Position numbers and translations under genes: made by a program | Source of the DNA: an uncultured Bacteriovoracaceae bacterium | Lineage (GTDB): Bacteria > Bdellovibrionota > UBA2428 | DNA length: 64,000 bases | Assembly (NCBI GenBank): GCA_964407615.1 | Contig: CAYOWH010000005.1 | Span: forward strand, 7,121-71,120 | Reading direction: 5' to 3' | Notes under the pieces: model-generated | Told to the model about the DNA's origin: nothing | The model's input: only the letters and a program-made list of their open reading frames with translations | Database searches by the model: none | Shown: piece by piece, positions 1 through 12,337 of the stretch | Layout: the number at the start of each line of letters is the position of its first letter | How positions within the stretch are numbered: position 1 is the stretch's first letter

Positions 1-2
1 CA

Positions 3-1265
3 AAAACAACTCCATGGCCGAGTTTTTATTCTCTGTTACCAGGCTTAGGGACATGTTTAGTCATTTTGTATGCAAATAAAAATACAATCATGGGCCAAAT
101 CTTATCTACAAGGATATTTGTAGGAATTGGTTTGGTTAGCTATAGTGCCTATCTTTGGCATCAACCAGTTTTTTCACTAACAAGGAATTATTTTTTTTAT
201 GAAAAAGACATTAGTAATTATTTAAAAATAATTCTCATAATAATAACTTTTATTTTATCTTATTTAAGTTGGAGATTTGTGGAAGTTCCTTTTCGAAAGA
301 AAGAATTTTTGAATCAAAAAAAAGTTTTTGCTTTTGGACTTTTATCAAGTTTTATTTTACTTTTTTTTGGATTATATGCTGGATACCTAAAGCCTTTTAA
401 GAGTACTTTTTATCTTTATAAGTTCAATGGAAAAGTAAGAGAGTTTTTAGATAAAAATAAAAATGTTTTTAGTGATGATCAGGAAGAAGTGTTAGACGAA
501 CTATGTAATAGATATGTAAAAATGGATGTAAATGGTTGTCTGTTTGGTGATTTAGATAAGGCACCTGAAATTGTGATTGTTGGAGATTCACACTCAAGAG
601 CTCTTTTTTTGGAGCTTTCTAAAAAATTAAGAGAAAATAATATGTCAGCGTTGGGATATTGGGGTCCTTATTGCGCTCCTGTTGTAGGTCAGTCTTTTAG
701 TTTTTATGAGTCAAACGGGTGTCGTGAATTTGTCAATAAAGTCTTTGAAAAGATTTTTAATGATAAAAAAATTAAAATTGTTATTTGGGCTGCTTTTTGG
801 TCTAATTATTTCACTTTCTCATCACATAGTCTTCCCTTAGGTGATTTTTCTTTAAGTGAAGCAAAAAATAGCTTTAGCTTTGGTTTTCAAGAAACTTTTA
901 ATAAATTGCTCCAATCTAAAAAAGATATAATTTTTGTAAAGGATGTTCCTACGTATAACGTAAGTATACCTCGTATAGTCCTAGAGAAATTAATTAAATT
1001 TAATGATTTTGATATTGGAGAACATAGTTTAAGTAGGGAAACCTATGGCAAACAAAATTTTTTACCAGAGCAAGTTTTTAAAAAACTTAATTTACAAAAA
1101 AATTCTAAAATAATAGAGACAGTTGATTTGTTTTGTAAAAAACAATCAAGTTGTAGTTATATAGATGAAAATCAAATGCTTTATTATTACGATGCTCATC
1201 ACATTACAGAGATCGCAAGTGTCCCGATTGTGAAAGAAATAATGAAGAATATTATTTCAAAATAA
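3..1265 (+). CDS. Acyltransferase family 3 O-acyltransferase (OafA/YrhL-like) with C-terminal SGNH-like domain; 5' end cut by window edge
   Basis: The frame of the 66..1265 ORF stays open back to nt 3 (KTTPWPSFYSLLPGLGTCLVILY...), so the gene starts upstream of the window. YSAYLWHQPVF plus TM helices are typical of the end of the acyltransferase_3 domain. An extracytoplasmic part with an IVGDSHS block follows. The gene sits directly upstream of the rfb genes. Confidence 0.7.
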   Translation, partial: KTTPWPSFYSLLPGLGTCLVILYANKNTIMGQILSTRIFVGIGLVSYSAYLWHQPVFSLTRNYFFYEKDISNYLKIILIIITFILSYLSWRFVEVPFRKKEFLNQKKVFAFGLLSSFILLFFGLYAGYLKPFKSTFYLYKFNGKVREFLDKNKNVFSDDQEEVLDELCNRYVKMDVNGCLFGDLDKAPEIVIVGDSHSRALFLELSKKLRENNMSALGYWGPYCAPVVGQSFSFYESNGCREFVNKVFEKIFNDKKIKIVIWAAFWSNYFTFSSHSLPLGDFSLSEAKNSFSFGFQETFNKLLQSKKDIIFVKDVPTYNVSIPRIVLEKLIKFNDFDIGEHSLSRETYGKQNFLPEQVFKKLNLQKNSKIIETVDLFCKKQSSCSYIDENQMLYYYDAHHITEIASVPIVKEIMKNIISK

Positions 1266-1424
1266 TATTCTTCATTATTTGTACAATATTTTTAGCATTT
1301 TTAGTTAAAGTCTTTGTCCGTTCTGTAACAATTAATGACGAAAACCTTTTTACGGGTCTAAGACTCTTTCTAACTTCCTTTTTTTATAGAAATTTGAAGA
1401 AACGACATCTAGAGTGTTCCTTGC

Positions 1425-2288
1425 ATGAAAGGCATTTTATTAGCTGGTGGTAGTGGAACGCGTTTGTATCCCGCAACAATGGCAATTAGTAAGCAGTTGT
1501 TGCCAGTATACGATAAACCGATGGTTTATTATCCACTGAGTTTATTGATGTTAGCTGGTATTAGAGAAGTTCTATTAATCTCAACCCCTCAGGACATCTC
1601 TCGATTCGAGCTTCTACTAGGGGATGGATCTAGTTGGGGAATAAATATAAAATATAAAATTCAAGAGAAGCCCGAAGGCATTGCGCAAGCTTTTGTTTTG
1701 GCTAAAGATTTTTTAGATGGTCAGCCTTCTTGTCTGGTTTTAGGCGACAATGTTCTTTACGGAGCAAAACTTGAGGATTTACTTGTAAAAGCTTCTCAAG
1801 TCGCAAACGGAGCTTACGTCTTTTCGTATATTGTTGCAGATCCTGAGCGATACGGGGTTATTTCGTTTGATAAATCAGGAAAGGCAACACACATAGAGGA
1901 AAAACCTAAAAAACCAACTTCAAAATATGCAATTCCTGGAATTTATTTTTATGACTCTCGAGCGCCCGAAATTGCATCTCGCTTAAAACCTTCTGTTAGG
2001 GGTGAGCTTGAAATAACCGATCTTAATAAGTTTTATCTAAATGAAGGAACGTTGAATGTTCTCAACCTTGGAAGAGGTTATGCGTGGCTTGATATGGGAA
2101 CCTTCGATAGTTTACTAGAGGCTTCAGAATATATTGCTGTTATTGAAAGAAGACAAAGTTTGAAAGTCGCCTGTCTCGAAGAAATCGCCTACAGAAATAA
2201 ATGGATTACAAAAAAGGAAGTCCTTGCAAAAGCAGAGAAGCTTGGCAAAACAAATTATGCTGATTACTTAAGATCCTTGGAGTTTTAG
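1425..2288 (+). CDS. rfbA: Glucose-1-phosphate thymidylyltransferase
   Basis: N-terminus MKGILLAGGSGTRLYPAT is the G-x-G-T-R nucleotidyltransferase signature. Length is 287 aa and the RmlA-like sequence is collinear throughout (EKPxxPxSxYAxxGxYFYD). Confidence 0.95.
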   Translation: MKGILLAGGSGTRLYPATMAISKQLLPVYDKPMVYYPLSLLMLAGIREVLLISTPQDISRFELLLGDGSSWGINIKYKIQEKPEGIAQAFVLAKDFLDGQPSCLVLGDNVLYGAKLEDLLVKASQVANGAYVFSYIVADPERYGVISFDKSGKATHIEEKPKKPTSKYAIPGIYFYDSRAPEIASRLKPSVRGELEITDLNKFYLNEGTLNVLNLGRGYAWLDMGTFDSLLEASEYIAVIERRQSLKVACLEEIAYRNKWITKKEVLAKAEKLGKTNYADYLRSLEF

Positions 2289-2291
2289 TTT

Positions 2292-2828
2292 ATGGAAATT
2301 CAAGAAACTCCCCTGGAGGGGATCTTTATTTTAAAATCAAAAATTTTCAGCGACGAAAGAGGCTTTTTTTTTGAAGCTTACAAGGATTCATTTTTTGATG
2401 AAAAAAAGATATGTCGATCTTGGGTTCAAGATAATGTTTCTGTTTCGCGCAAAGGTGTTCTCAGAGGGCTTCATTTTCAAAAAGAGCCGTTTTCTCAAAA
2501 AAAACTTGTAAGAGTTTTAAGCGGTAGAGCACTAGATGTTGCTGTTGATTTAAGAAAAGAATCTAAAACTTTTGGAAGGCATTTTTCACTTGAGCTTTCT
2601 TGTGATAACGGGCTTGCTTTGTACATACCTGATGGTTTTGCTCACGGGTTTCAGGCGTTAGAGGACAATACTGTTTTGTCTTATAAGTGCAGTAAACCAT
2701 ACAATCCAGCTTCAGAGTCAGGAATTTTGTGGAATGATCCAGATCTAAAAATTGATTGGCCAATTAAAAATTCAGTTATTTCTCATAAAGATCAAAAACT
2801 TTTATCGTTCAAGGATTTTTCGAAGTGA
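2292..2828 (+). CDS. rfbC: dTDP-4-dehydrorhamnose 3,5-epimerase
   Basis: 178 aa cupin with DERGFF, RGLHFQ and GFAHGF blocks typical of RmlC. It starts 4 nt after the rfbA stop. Confidence 0.93.
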   Translation: MEIQETPLEGIFILKSKIFSDERGFFFEAYKDSFFDEKKICRSWVQDNVSVSRKGVLRGLHFQKEPFSQKKLVRVLSGRALDVAVDLRKESKTFGRHFSLELSCDNGLALYIPDGFAHGFQALEDNTVLSYKCSKPYNPASESGILWNDPDLKIDWPIKNSVISHKDQKLLSFKDFSK

Positions 2829-3736
2829 AAGTTTTTATCACTGGGGTTTCAAGTTTTACGGGATGTCATATAGCAAGAGCTTTTTGCCGTTCATCTTTTC
2901 AAGGTAATGTTAAAGTTTATGGGACTTTGACTAAAAAAAAATCCGATTATTCAGTTATTGAAAATCAGCGGCTTTCTTTTTCTTTGGTTGAGAATTGGAT
3001 TGAAGAAGCCTCTTTTGGATCCAAAAGATTTTTAGCTGATTTATCAGAGATTCAGCCCGATGTTTTTATCAATCATGGGGCTTCCATCAAGGGTTACAGG
3101 GAAAAAGATTTTGATATTCAGTCGTGCGTTGCAAAAGCTTTGGTGAACATAGGCGAAGTTTTTGATCTTTTGCCAAAAAACTCTAAATTTATTCATTCGG
3201 GATCTATTTTTGAAAAAGATTTAGAGCGTTCTTATGATACTTACTCGCTTTATGGTTTAGCTAAATCTGTTATATGGGACGAGATTTCAAAAATGAAAAA
3301 AAGCTTTTTTCTTTCAAAAATAGTTATTCCCGATCCTGTGGGGGTTTATGAAAATCAAGACAGATTAGCTCCTGTTCTTTTTAGAAAATGGAAATTAGGG
3401 GAGCGGATAGATTTAAAGAATCCCGATGTCATTCAAGACAGGATTCCTGCATCTTGGCTTGCTCAAATTTATGTGGATGAGGCTTTTAAAGATATAAAAT
3501 CCTCAGTTCAAACATATAAAATTAGAAGGCCATCGGGCTTTTGTAAAACAAACCTTGAGTGGGTTCAGACGCTTGCAACATATTTTGAAAAGAAAACAGG
3601 AAAAAGTTGCCCAGGTTGGAATATCTTGCCTAATGTAGATAGCGAAAGAAAAAATACGGAGCCTGTGGCGGAGGTTTTAAATAATGATCAATGTGATCGA
3701 TTTTTTAATGAATATTCGGATTGGTTGCTCAAATGA
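2825..3736 (+). CDS. SDR-family NAD(P)-dependent epimerase/reductase occupying the rfbD slot (putative dTDP-4-keto-6-deoxyhexose reductase, divergent)
   Basis: MKVFITGVSSFTGCHIARAF is a Rossmann-type N-terminus with an atypical Gly motif. YSLYGLAKS supplies the YxxxK catalytic pair. The GTG start overlaps the rfbC stop (GTGA) and its own stop overlaps the rfbB ATG (ATGA), so translation looks coupled. The functional assignment rests on gene position only. Confidence 0.55.
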   Translation: MKVFITGVSSFTGCHIARAFCRSSFQGNVKVYGTLTKKKSDYSVIENQRLSFSLVENWIEEASFGSKRFLADLSEIQPDVFINHGASIKGYREKDFDIQSCVAKALVNIGEVFDLLPKNSKFIHSGSIFEKDLERSYDTYSLYGLAKSVIWDEISKMKKSFFLSKIVIPDPVGVYENQDRLAPVLFRKWKLGERIDLKNPDVIQDRIPASWLAQIYVDEAFKDIKSSVQTYKIRRPSGFCKTNLEWVQTLATYFEKKTGKSCPGWNILPNVDSERKNTEPVAEVLNNDQCDRFFNEYSDWLLK

Positions 3737-4716
3737 CTAAATTATTAGTGACAGGATGTGCTGGTTTTATCGGTGGAAATTTTGTAAGGCTACTTTTAGG
3801 GAAGTCTTTCTCAAATAAAAATTATTCTTTTGACACTCTTTCTGTAGATGAGGTTGTTGGAATTGATGCCATGAGAATTGGATCCTCAGAAAAGCTTTTG
3901 TCAGAGCTAAAAGAAAATAAAAAATTTACGTTTTATAAACATGATATTTGCGACAGAAAATCTCTTAAAGATGTTCTTGATAAACATAAGCCCGATATGA
4001 TCGTAAATTTTGCAGCTGAAAGTCATGTCGACAGAAGCATTGATAGTTCCGATGCTTTTGTTCATTCAAATGTCATAGGAACTGTAAATCTTTTAGAACT
4101 TTGTCGGGAAAGATCTTTGAGGTATCTACAGGTATCCACTGATGAGGTATATGGAGAGCTTGGAGAAACAGGATCCTTTTTAGAAACGACTCCCCTTGCG
4201 CCGAATTCTCCTTATTCTGCTTCTAAGGCTGCTGCGGATTGCTTTGTTAAAGCCTTTGTCCATACACATAAGCTTGATGCGGTAATTACTCGGTGTTCAA
4301 ATAATTATGGACCTCATCAATATCCGGAAAAATTTATACCCGTTGTTGTAACTAAGGCTTTAAAAAATCAAAAAATTCCTGTTTATGGAAATGGATTGAA
4401 TGTTCGTGATTGGCTTCATGTCGAAGACCACTGTTGGGGTGTTTTTCTAGCTTTGACAAAAGGTAAAACGGGAGAAGTCTATAATTTCGGCGGTTTTGGA
4501 GAACGAAATAATTTAGAAGTTGCTCACAAAATAGTAGAGATTTTAAAAAAAGATAAATCGATTATTAGTTTTGTTGAAGATCGTAAGGGCCATGACTGGC
4601 GATATTCTATTGATTCTTCAAAAGCTCAAAATCAACTAGGCTGGAAGCCTCTTTGGAATTTTGAAGAAGGATTAGATCACACGGTTGGATGGTATAGATC
4701 GGAAAAAGAAATTTAA
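3733..4716 (+). CDS. rfbB: dTDP-glucose 4,6-dehydratase
   Basis: LLVTGCAGFIGGNF (GxxGxxG), STDEVYG and YSASKAA (YxxxK) are RmlB hallmarks. I chose the ATG at 3733 (ATGA overlap with the upstream stop) over the TTG at 3721. Confidence 0.93.
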   Translation: MTKLLVTGCAGFIGGNFVRLLLGKSFSNKNYSFDTLSVDEVVGIDAMRIGSSEKLLSELKENKKFTFYKHDICDRKSLKDVLDKHKPDMIVNFAAESHVDRSIDSSDAFVHSNVIGTVNLLELCRERSLRYLQVSTDEVYGELGETGSFLETTPLAPNSPYSASKAAADCFVKAFVHTHKLDAVITRCSNNYGPHQYPEKFIPVVVTKALKNQKIPVYGNGLNVRDWLHVEDHCWGVFLALTKGKTGEVYNFGGFGERNNLEVAHKIVEILKKDKSIISFVEDRKGHDWRYSIDSSKAQNQLGWKPLWNFEEGLDHTVGWYRSEKEI

Positions 4717-5799
4717 AATTTTTTTACACAATGCTTTTTCTTGAATGAGAGTGGGGGATGGTTTTTCGGCATCGGTATTGTCTGTTGATTCTTTCAGATT
4801 GGCTGGTTTCGTGCGATCTGAGTTTTGGGGTATGGAGCTTTGATCAAAAACGATTTTTGATTCCTCTTCAGAAGGGATTCGCCTAGAAAATTCCCAAAAA
4901 TCTAGAATTTTTAGATCATCATCTGTAAGAATACGGCGCTCTGGAACAAATCCTCTTTTTTCTTGAAGCTCTTTTATGATGTGAGTTTTGCTAAGAAGGT
5001 GAGCTTTTTTTTCAAGATAACTTTCATTGTCTTGAAGTTTTGTAAAAATTTGGAAAGGAAATATGGTCGATATATAGGGAGCGTATTCAAGGTTGCCTCT
5101 ATGGTTCATGGACTGAGCAAATGCTGGATCGGCTAAAAGAGCAAAGCTCCTAGAATTTGGCATTTTTTCAGATAATAAAAAGTAATCAAAGACGTTTTCT
5201 TGATTTTTGAGATATCGAAAGAGTTCTTCTTCAAGAAAGGTCTCTACTTCTTGAGTTGATTTGGGAGCAAGCGTTTCTTTGTATTCGGGATTCATCAAGA
5301 TCAATGAAATGTTAGGACGTCTTGAAACAAGAGCCATAATATCAAGCCTTAGTTTGCTTTTGTTCAAACTTGATAGATAGTGACTCAGCTCATGGCTTAT
5401 GAACTGTAAAGTGTCACCCATGCACCAATAATCAAAAAGAACGATTTTGTCGTAATCGTTAATTTTTGAAAGGGGAAAGAGTTGCTCAAAGATGTCTTGA
5501 ATTTTTTTTTGAAATTTAATTTCTTTGTTTTCAATCCTAAGTCTTTGAAGCTCAGGTTTGATTGATAGGGGGACATGTAAAACATCAAAGCCTGAATATT
5601 CTAAAAGTGTATCAACGGGAGCAGGTCCTCGACCAACCACGATAAACAAAGGGTTTTGAGTCCCATCGTTAAGCGCTCGGTTGATCATAAGCTGCGTAAG
5701 CGAAACGGCATCTTTAATTTCGTAATCACTCAATTGGCTTGCGGTTGTATTAAAGGCGAAAAAAAAACTCAGAATAGATAAATGAGCTTTAATTTTCAT
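4672..5799 (-). CDS. Secreted hypothetical protein (375 aa), downstream partner of the lipase gene
   Basis: Long ORF with an N-terminal signal peptide (MKIKAHLSILSFFFAFNTTASQ). I recognise no family motif. It lies 47 nt downstream of the lipase gene on the same strand, and its 3' end overlaps the rfbB 3' end by 45 nt. Confidence 0.5.
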   Translation of the reverse strand: MKIKAHLSILSFFFAFNTTASQLSDYEIKDAVSLTQLMINRALNDGTQNPLFIVVGRGPAPVDTLLEYSGFDVLHVPLSIKPELQRLRIENKEIKFQKKIQDIFEQLFPLSKINDYDKIVLFDYWCMGDTLQFISHELSHYLSSLNKSKLRLDIMALVSRRPNISLILMNPEYKETLAPKSTQEVETFLEEELFRYLKNQENVFDYFLLSEKMPNSRSFALLADPAFAQSMNHRGNLEYAPYISTIFPFQIFTKLQDNESYLEKKAHLLSKTHIIKELQEKRGFVPERRILTDDDLKILDFWEFSRRIPSEEESKIVFDQSSIPQNSDRTKPANLKESTDNTDAEKPSPTLIQEKALCKKILNFFFRSIPSNRVI

Positions 5800-5846
5800 G
5801 AAACCAGAATTCCTAAGCGAAACTTAAAACTTTAAGCGGCTAAGAG

Positions 5847-7202
5847 TCAAAGAGAAAGTGGTGGCCTTTCGTTAATATCATAGACAATTTTTGTTTTTTC
5901 CGAAAATGGAAGATGTATTTCACCAATCGGTTCAGGTGTTCCTAGTGCGGATATGGTTTCTGGATCTAAAAGAGCTTCTATGAGCTGCGGAACAAATTTC
6001 TTGCCCCGGTCGGCTCTCATAGTTTGAGTATAGGCTTCTTTGTATTCTTCTTCTTCCGTATTCCAATAGCGACGAATTCGTTTATAGGCTTCGCCTGAAT
6101 CGAGAGCTTTCTCAGCATTCAAAAGAAATTCATAGGACTGTTTAGTTTGTCGCGAAAAGTTTATATCCCTAGCGATGGCGTGCATATGGTGACCATCTAT
6201 AGCTGAAAAGGCAAGTCTTCCGTACTCGTCCATATTACGACGACTGCTTAGTTTAATCGACTTTCCATAGTGAGTTCCATTCTTAATTTTATTGTAGATT
6301 TGTAAGGGATCATCATAAGCGTAAATATGTAAACCTGTAATATCTGGATTAACGGTTACTGTTTCACTTTTGGGTTTTTCAGCTTTTTCGTAAAAATATC
6401 CGAGTGTCACACTTGGAGCGAGCGAGTTAAAGGTAACTAGATCGACGTGAACGCGAGAAGTTTGAGCCTGAGCTTTTGTGTAAGCATTCGCTAAATTAGA
6501 AACAAGTGATCCTCCCAGAGAGTGACCTGTAAAAAGTAAGCGTCGATCAGGATATTGAGCAGAGAAAAAGTTAATAGCATTGACATATTTTTTGCTGAGG
6601 ACAGCATCTTGTTGGAATTCTTCAATCGCACGATTTGTAAATTTATCGATTTGAGTTTCTACTGCATTTTTGAGTTGCCTAAAGCCTGGCACAACTAAGT
6701 TAATAGGTTCTAGAATTTGAGCGAGATAGCCGCTGCCTTTTCTTTTTATGTTTTCAATAAAGTCACCAAAGGTTGAAGTTCCTTTGACCGAGATAATGGG
6801 AGGGAGTTGGGGAAGGAGAGGTTTGTAAACGACGATAAACATTTTACAATCCTGAATAGGTATAAATCTATAAAGCTTAGAGTTGACGCAGCTAAAGCCT
6901 TCGATGTCATAACCCTCCATCAGAATTTTGCTTTTGAGTTCGGGGTTGTTTTTGTAGAGCTCTTCTGAATTTTTAAATCGATAAAACCCTTTTAAGTGAG
7001 TGTCGGAAAGTGTGTTTTCGTTCACAAACGCGCCAGATGATTTTTTGAGAAATTTAAAAAGCTTATAGCTTCTGTCGCTTGCATAAAAAGCACTGTCTAT
7101 TTTTTGAGCTTGTATTTCTTTTGTATTTTGAAAACTTTCTCCTTTAAGGGAGAATAGTGTAAGGCTTGAAAAAAATAAAAAATATTTAAAATTCACCCTC
7201 AT
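5847..7202 (-). CDS. Secreted class-3 (triacylglycerol/phospholipase-type) lipase, alpha/beta hydrolase
   Basis: Nucleophile elbow FTGHSLGGSL (GHSLG) sits in a Lipase_3-like context. The ATG at 7202 gives signal peptide MRVNFKYFLFFSSLTLFSLKG. The ORF-track start at 7238 is a TTG 12 codons upstream. Confidence 0.7.
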   Translation of the reverse strand: MRVNFKYFLFFSSLTLFSLKGESFQNTKEIQAQKIDSAFYASDRSYKLFKFLKKSSGAFVNENTLSDTHLKGFYRFKNSEELYKNNPELKSKILMEGYDIEGFSCVNSKLYRFIPIQDCKMFIVVYKPLLPQLPPIISVKGTSTFGDFIENIKRKGSGYLAQILEPINLVVPGFRQLKNAVETQIDKFTNRAIEEFQQDAVLSKKYVNAINFFSAQYPDRRLLFTGHSLGGSLVSNLANAYTKAQAQTSRVHVDLVTFNSLAPSVTLGYFYEKAEKPKSETVTVNPDITGLHIYAYDDPLQIYNKIKNGTHYGKSIKLSSRRNMDEYGRLAFSAIDGHHMHAIARDINFSRQTKQSYEFLLNAEKALDSGEAYKRIRRYWNTEEEEYKEAYTQTMRADRGKKFVPQLIEALLDPETISALGTPEPIGEIHLPFSEKTKIVYDINERPPLSL

Positions 7203-7288
7203 GAGGCGGGTTATATTCAATCCAAATAAGAAGTGCAATATTTGGTTTAAACAAGAATTGTATTTTTTAGTGCGTTCAATCTAAAAAA

Positions 7289-7516
7289 TTACTTTTTATG
7301 ACTTCCATCACAGAAAGGGGGATTTTTTGTTTCTTTACACTGACAGAGAGCAACTTTAGTTTTTTCTTTTAATTCAAATGCTTTGGGAGCAAAAGTTGAA
7401 CCTTTGTGAGCCCCGTTGCAAAAGGGTTGCTTATCGGACATTCCACAGGTGCAATAGTAATAGGTTCCCGCCTCTAGTTCTAGAACAGCGGGTTTGTTTT
7501 TTTTGTGATCACTCAT
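7289..7516 (-). CDS. Tandem CDGSH-type iron-sulfur domain protein (mitoNEET-like)
   Basis: The 75-aa protein consists essentially of two motifs: CTCGMSDKQPFCNGAHK and CQCKETKNPPFCDGSHK (C-x-C-x2-[ST]-x3-P-x-C-[DN]-G-[SA]-H). Confidence 0.85.
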   Translation of the reverse strand: MSDHKKNKPAVLELEAGTYYYCTCGMSDKQPFCNGAHKGSTFAPKAFELKEKTKVALCQCKETKNPPFCDGSHKK

Positions 7517-7654
7517 ACTTTAGATTTTACTATATAAAGAAATGAAAAAAAGTCTTTACGTTCTTTTTTGAGAACAAAATGTCTTTTTTATGGGAACAAT
7601 TCATTGATGAGGGTTGAGTGTCATTTTCTTTACTCCTGTATATTTCTTTCTTTG

Positions 7655-10794
<3,140 letters not shown>

Positions 10795-10797
10795 ATT

Positions 10798-11421
10798 CTA
10801 TTTCCTGTTCCTCTTCTCGGCTTTGAGTGAGCTCATGGAGCTTATAAGTTTTGAATAAGAGGAACGGGAAATATTTTCTTTGAAATTATTTAAAAAATTA
10901 TACGATCTTTGAAGCTGAAAAGAGAAGTTTTTATAACTTTGAGAGAGGCTTCGGGGCGACATAAGAAAAACTTTAGTTCTTGATATGTTTTGAGAGAGCG
11001 CTTTAGAAAATGATTCGAGATCAGTTTCTGAACGTGAATCACGAAGTAACTTGTCTTTCTCACTTCCTTTGATGACAGCTGTTGGCTTTCGCCACGTGAT
11101 TTCATATCGGCTTCCCATGAAGGAGGCCCATTCCGTTTCTACCCATTTCTTTGATCTTTCCATATTATTTATGAGCTCTTGATAATTGGGCGCGACTTCA
11201 ATTCCTGACCAAAATTCATTTTGGTCAAAAGAACTTGTTTCATTGAATTCAAGCGAGTCGCAGTACCAATAGGCGACATTTGAAATGTCTTCTGGTTTTA
11301 GATCTTCAATAATTTTTAGAGAACCGTTTTCACGAACATAAAAAATAGAAGATATTCCCTGACAAACATATAAAAAAGAAAAAATAATTTTTAAAACAAC
11401 ACTTCTGCGACTAATTTTCAC
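10798..11421 (-). CDS. Hypothetical secreted/membrane-anchored protein (207 aa)
   Basis: ORF with a hydrophobic N-terminus (VVLKIIFSFLYVCQGISS). No recognisable motif. It is convergent with katG, leaving a 3-nt gap. Confidence 0.45.
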   Translation of the reverse strand: MKISRRSVVLKIIFSFLYVCQGISSIFYVRENGSLKIIEDLKPEDISNVAYWYCDSLEFNETSSFDQNEFWSGIEVAPNYQELINNMERSKKWVETEWASFMGSRYEITWRKPTAVIKGSEKDKLLRDSRSETDLESFSKALSQNISRTKVFLMSPRSLSQSYKNFSFQLQRSYNFLNNFKENISRSSYSKLISSMSSLKAEKRNRK

Positions 11422-11432
11422 AAGCCATGCTT

Positions 11433-12323
11433 TTAGCTCATTTTTTCGAGACTGGAAATTCTTTCCTCTAAAGCGGGGTGTGTTGAAAAAAGGCTCAAAA
11501 ACGAATTGGGTTTTTGAGATATTTTTAAAGTTGCCAGAGAAGAATGAGGGGTTTCTTCTTGAATCTCGATGGTTTCTTTGAGCTTTTTCAGCGCAGACAC
11601 CATGTCGTTTTTGCTTGAATAGAGAGCGCCTCCTTTGTCGGCTCTAAACTCGCGTGCACGAGAAAAAGCTGCAACAACGAGCATTCCCAAAATTCCTAAG
11701 ACAATCTCACAAACAAAGACGACCAAAAACTGCACCCATGATCTTTTTTCCTCTTCAACCGCCTGACTTGCAAAGAAGGCAATCACTCGAGCAAGGAACA
11801 TTACAAATGCGTTTACAACACCTTGAAGAAGGGTCATGGTAACCATATCTCCGTTGGCAATGTGTGCAACTTCGTGAGCCAGGACTCCTCTCAGTTGAGC
11901 TTTGTTCATTTTGTCCATCAACCCAGTTGAAACAGCTACAAGTGAGCGACTCTGTGTTGGGCCTGTTGCAAAAGCATTTATCTCAGGGCTTTCGTAAATA
12001 CCTACTTGAGGCATGGGAATTCCAGCTTTTTTAGCAAGACTTTCAACTTCGAAATATAAATCTCTCAAATTTGCATCTGGAGTTGTTTCTCCAATCAACT
12101 GCACTCCCATAGCCCATTTCGCTATTATTCTAGAAAGTGCTAGAGATAAGAAAGCGCCGCCGAAGCCCCATACTAAACAAAAAATCATGAGTGAGTAATA
12201 ATTCATGACCCCCATGGATGAGAGATAGGGCTTAATGCCAAGAAAGTTTAAAATTGTAGAAAGAGTGACAACAATTAAAATGTTTACAGTTACGAAGAGT
12301 AGAATTCTTTTTGCAATTTTCAT
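11433..12323 (-). CDS. htpX: Membrane zinc metalloprotease HtpX (peptidase M48)
   Basis: HEVAHIANGD (HExxH), four TM segments and an HtpX-like C-terminus (STHPALEERI). Confidence 0.9.
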   Translation of the reverse strand: MKIAKRILLFVTVNILIVVTLSTILNFLGIKPYLSSMGVMNYYSLMIFCLVWGFGGAFLSLALSRIIAKWAMGVQLIGETTPDANLRDLYFEVESLAKKAGIPMPQVGIYESPEINAFATGPTQSRSLVAVSTGLMDKMNKAQLRGVLAHEVAHIANGDMVTMTLLQGVVNAFVMFLARVIAFFASQAVEEEKRSWVQFLVVFVCEIVLGILGMLVVAAFSRAREFRADKGGALYSSKNDMVSALKKLKETIEIQEETPHSSLATLKISQKPNSFLSLFSTHPALEERISSLEKMS

Positions 12324-12337
12324 AAAATATCCTCCTA

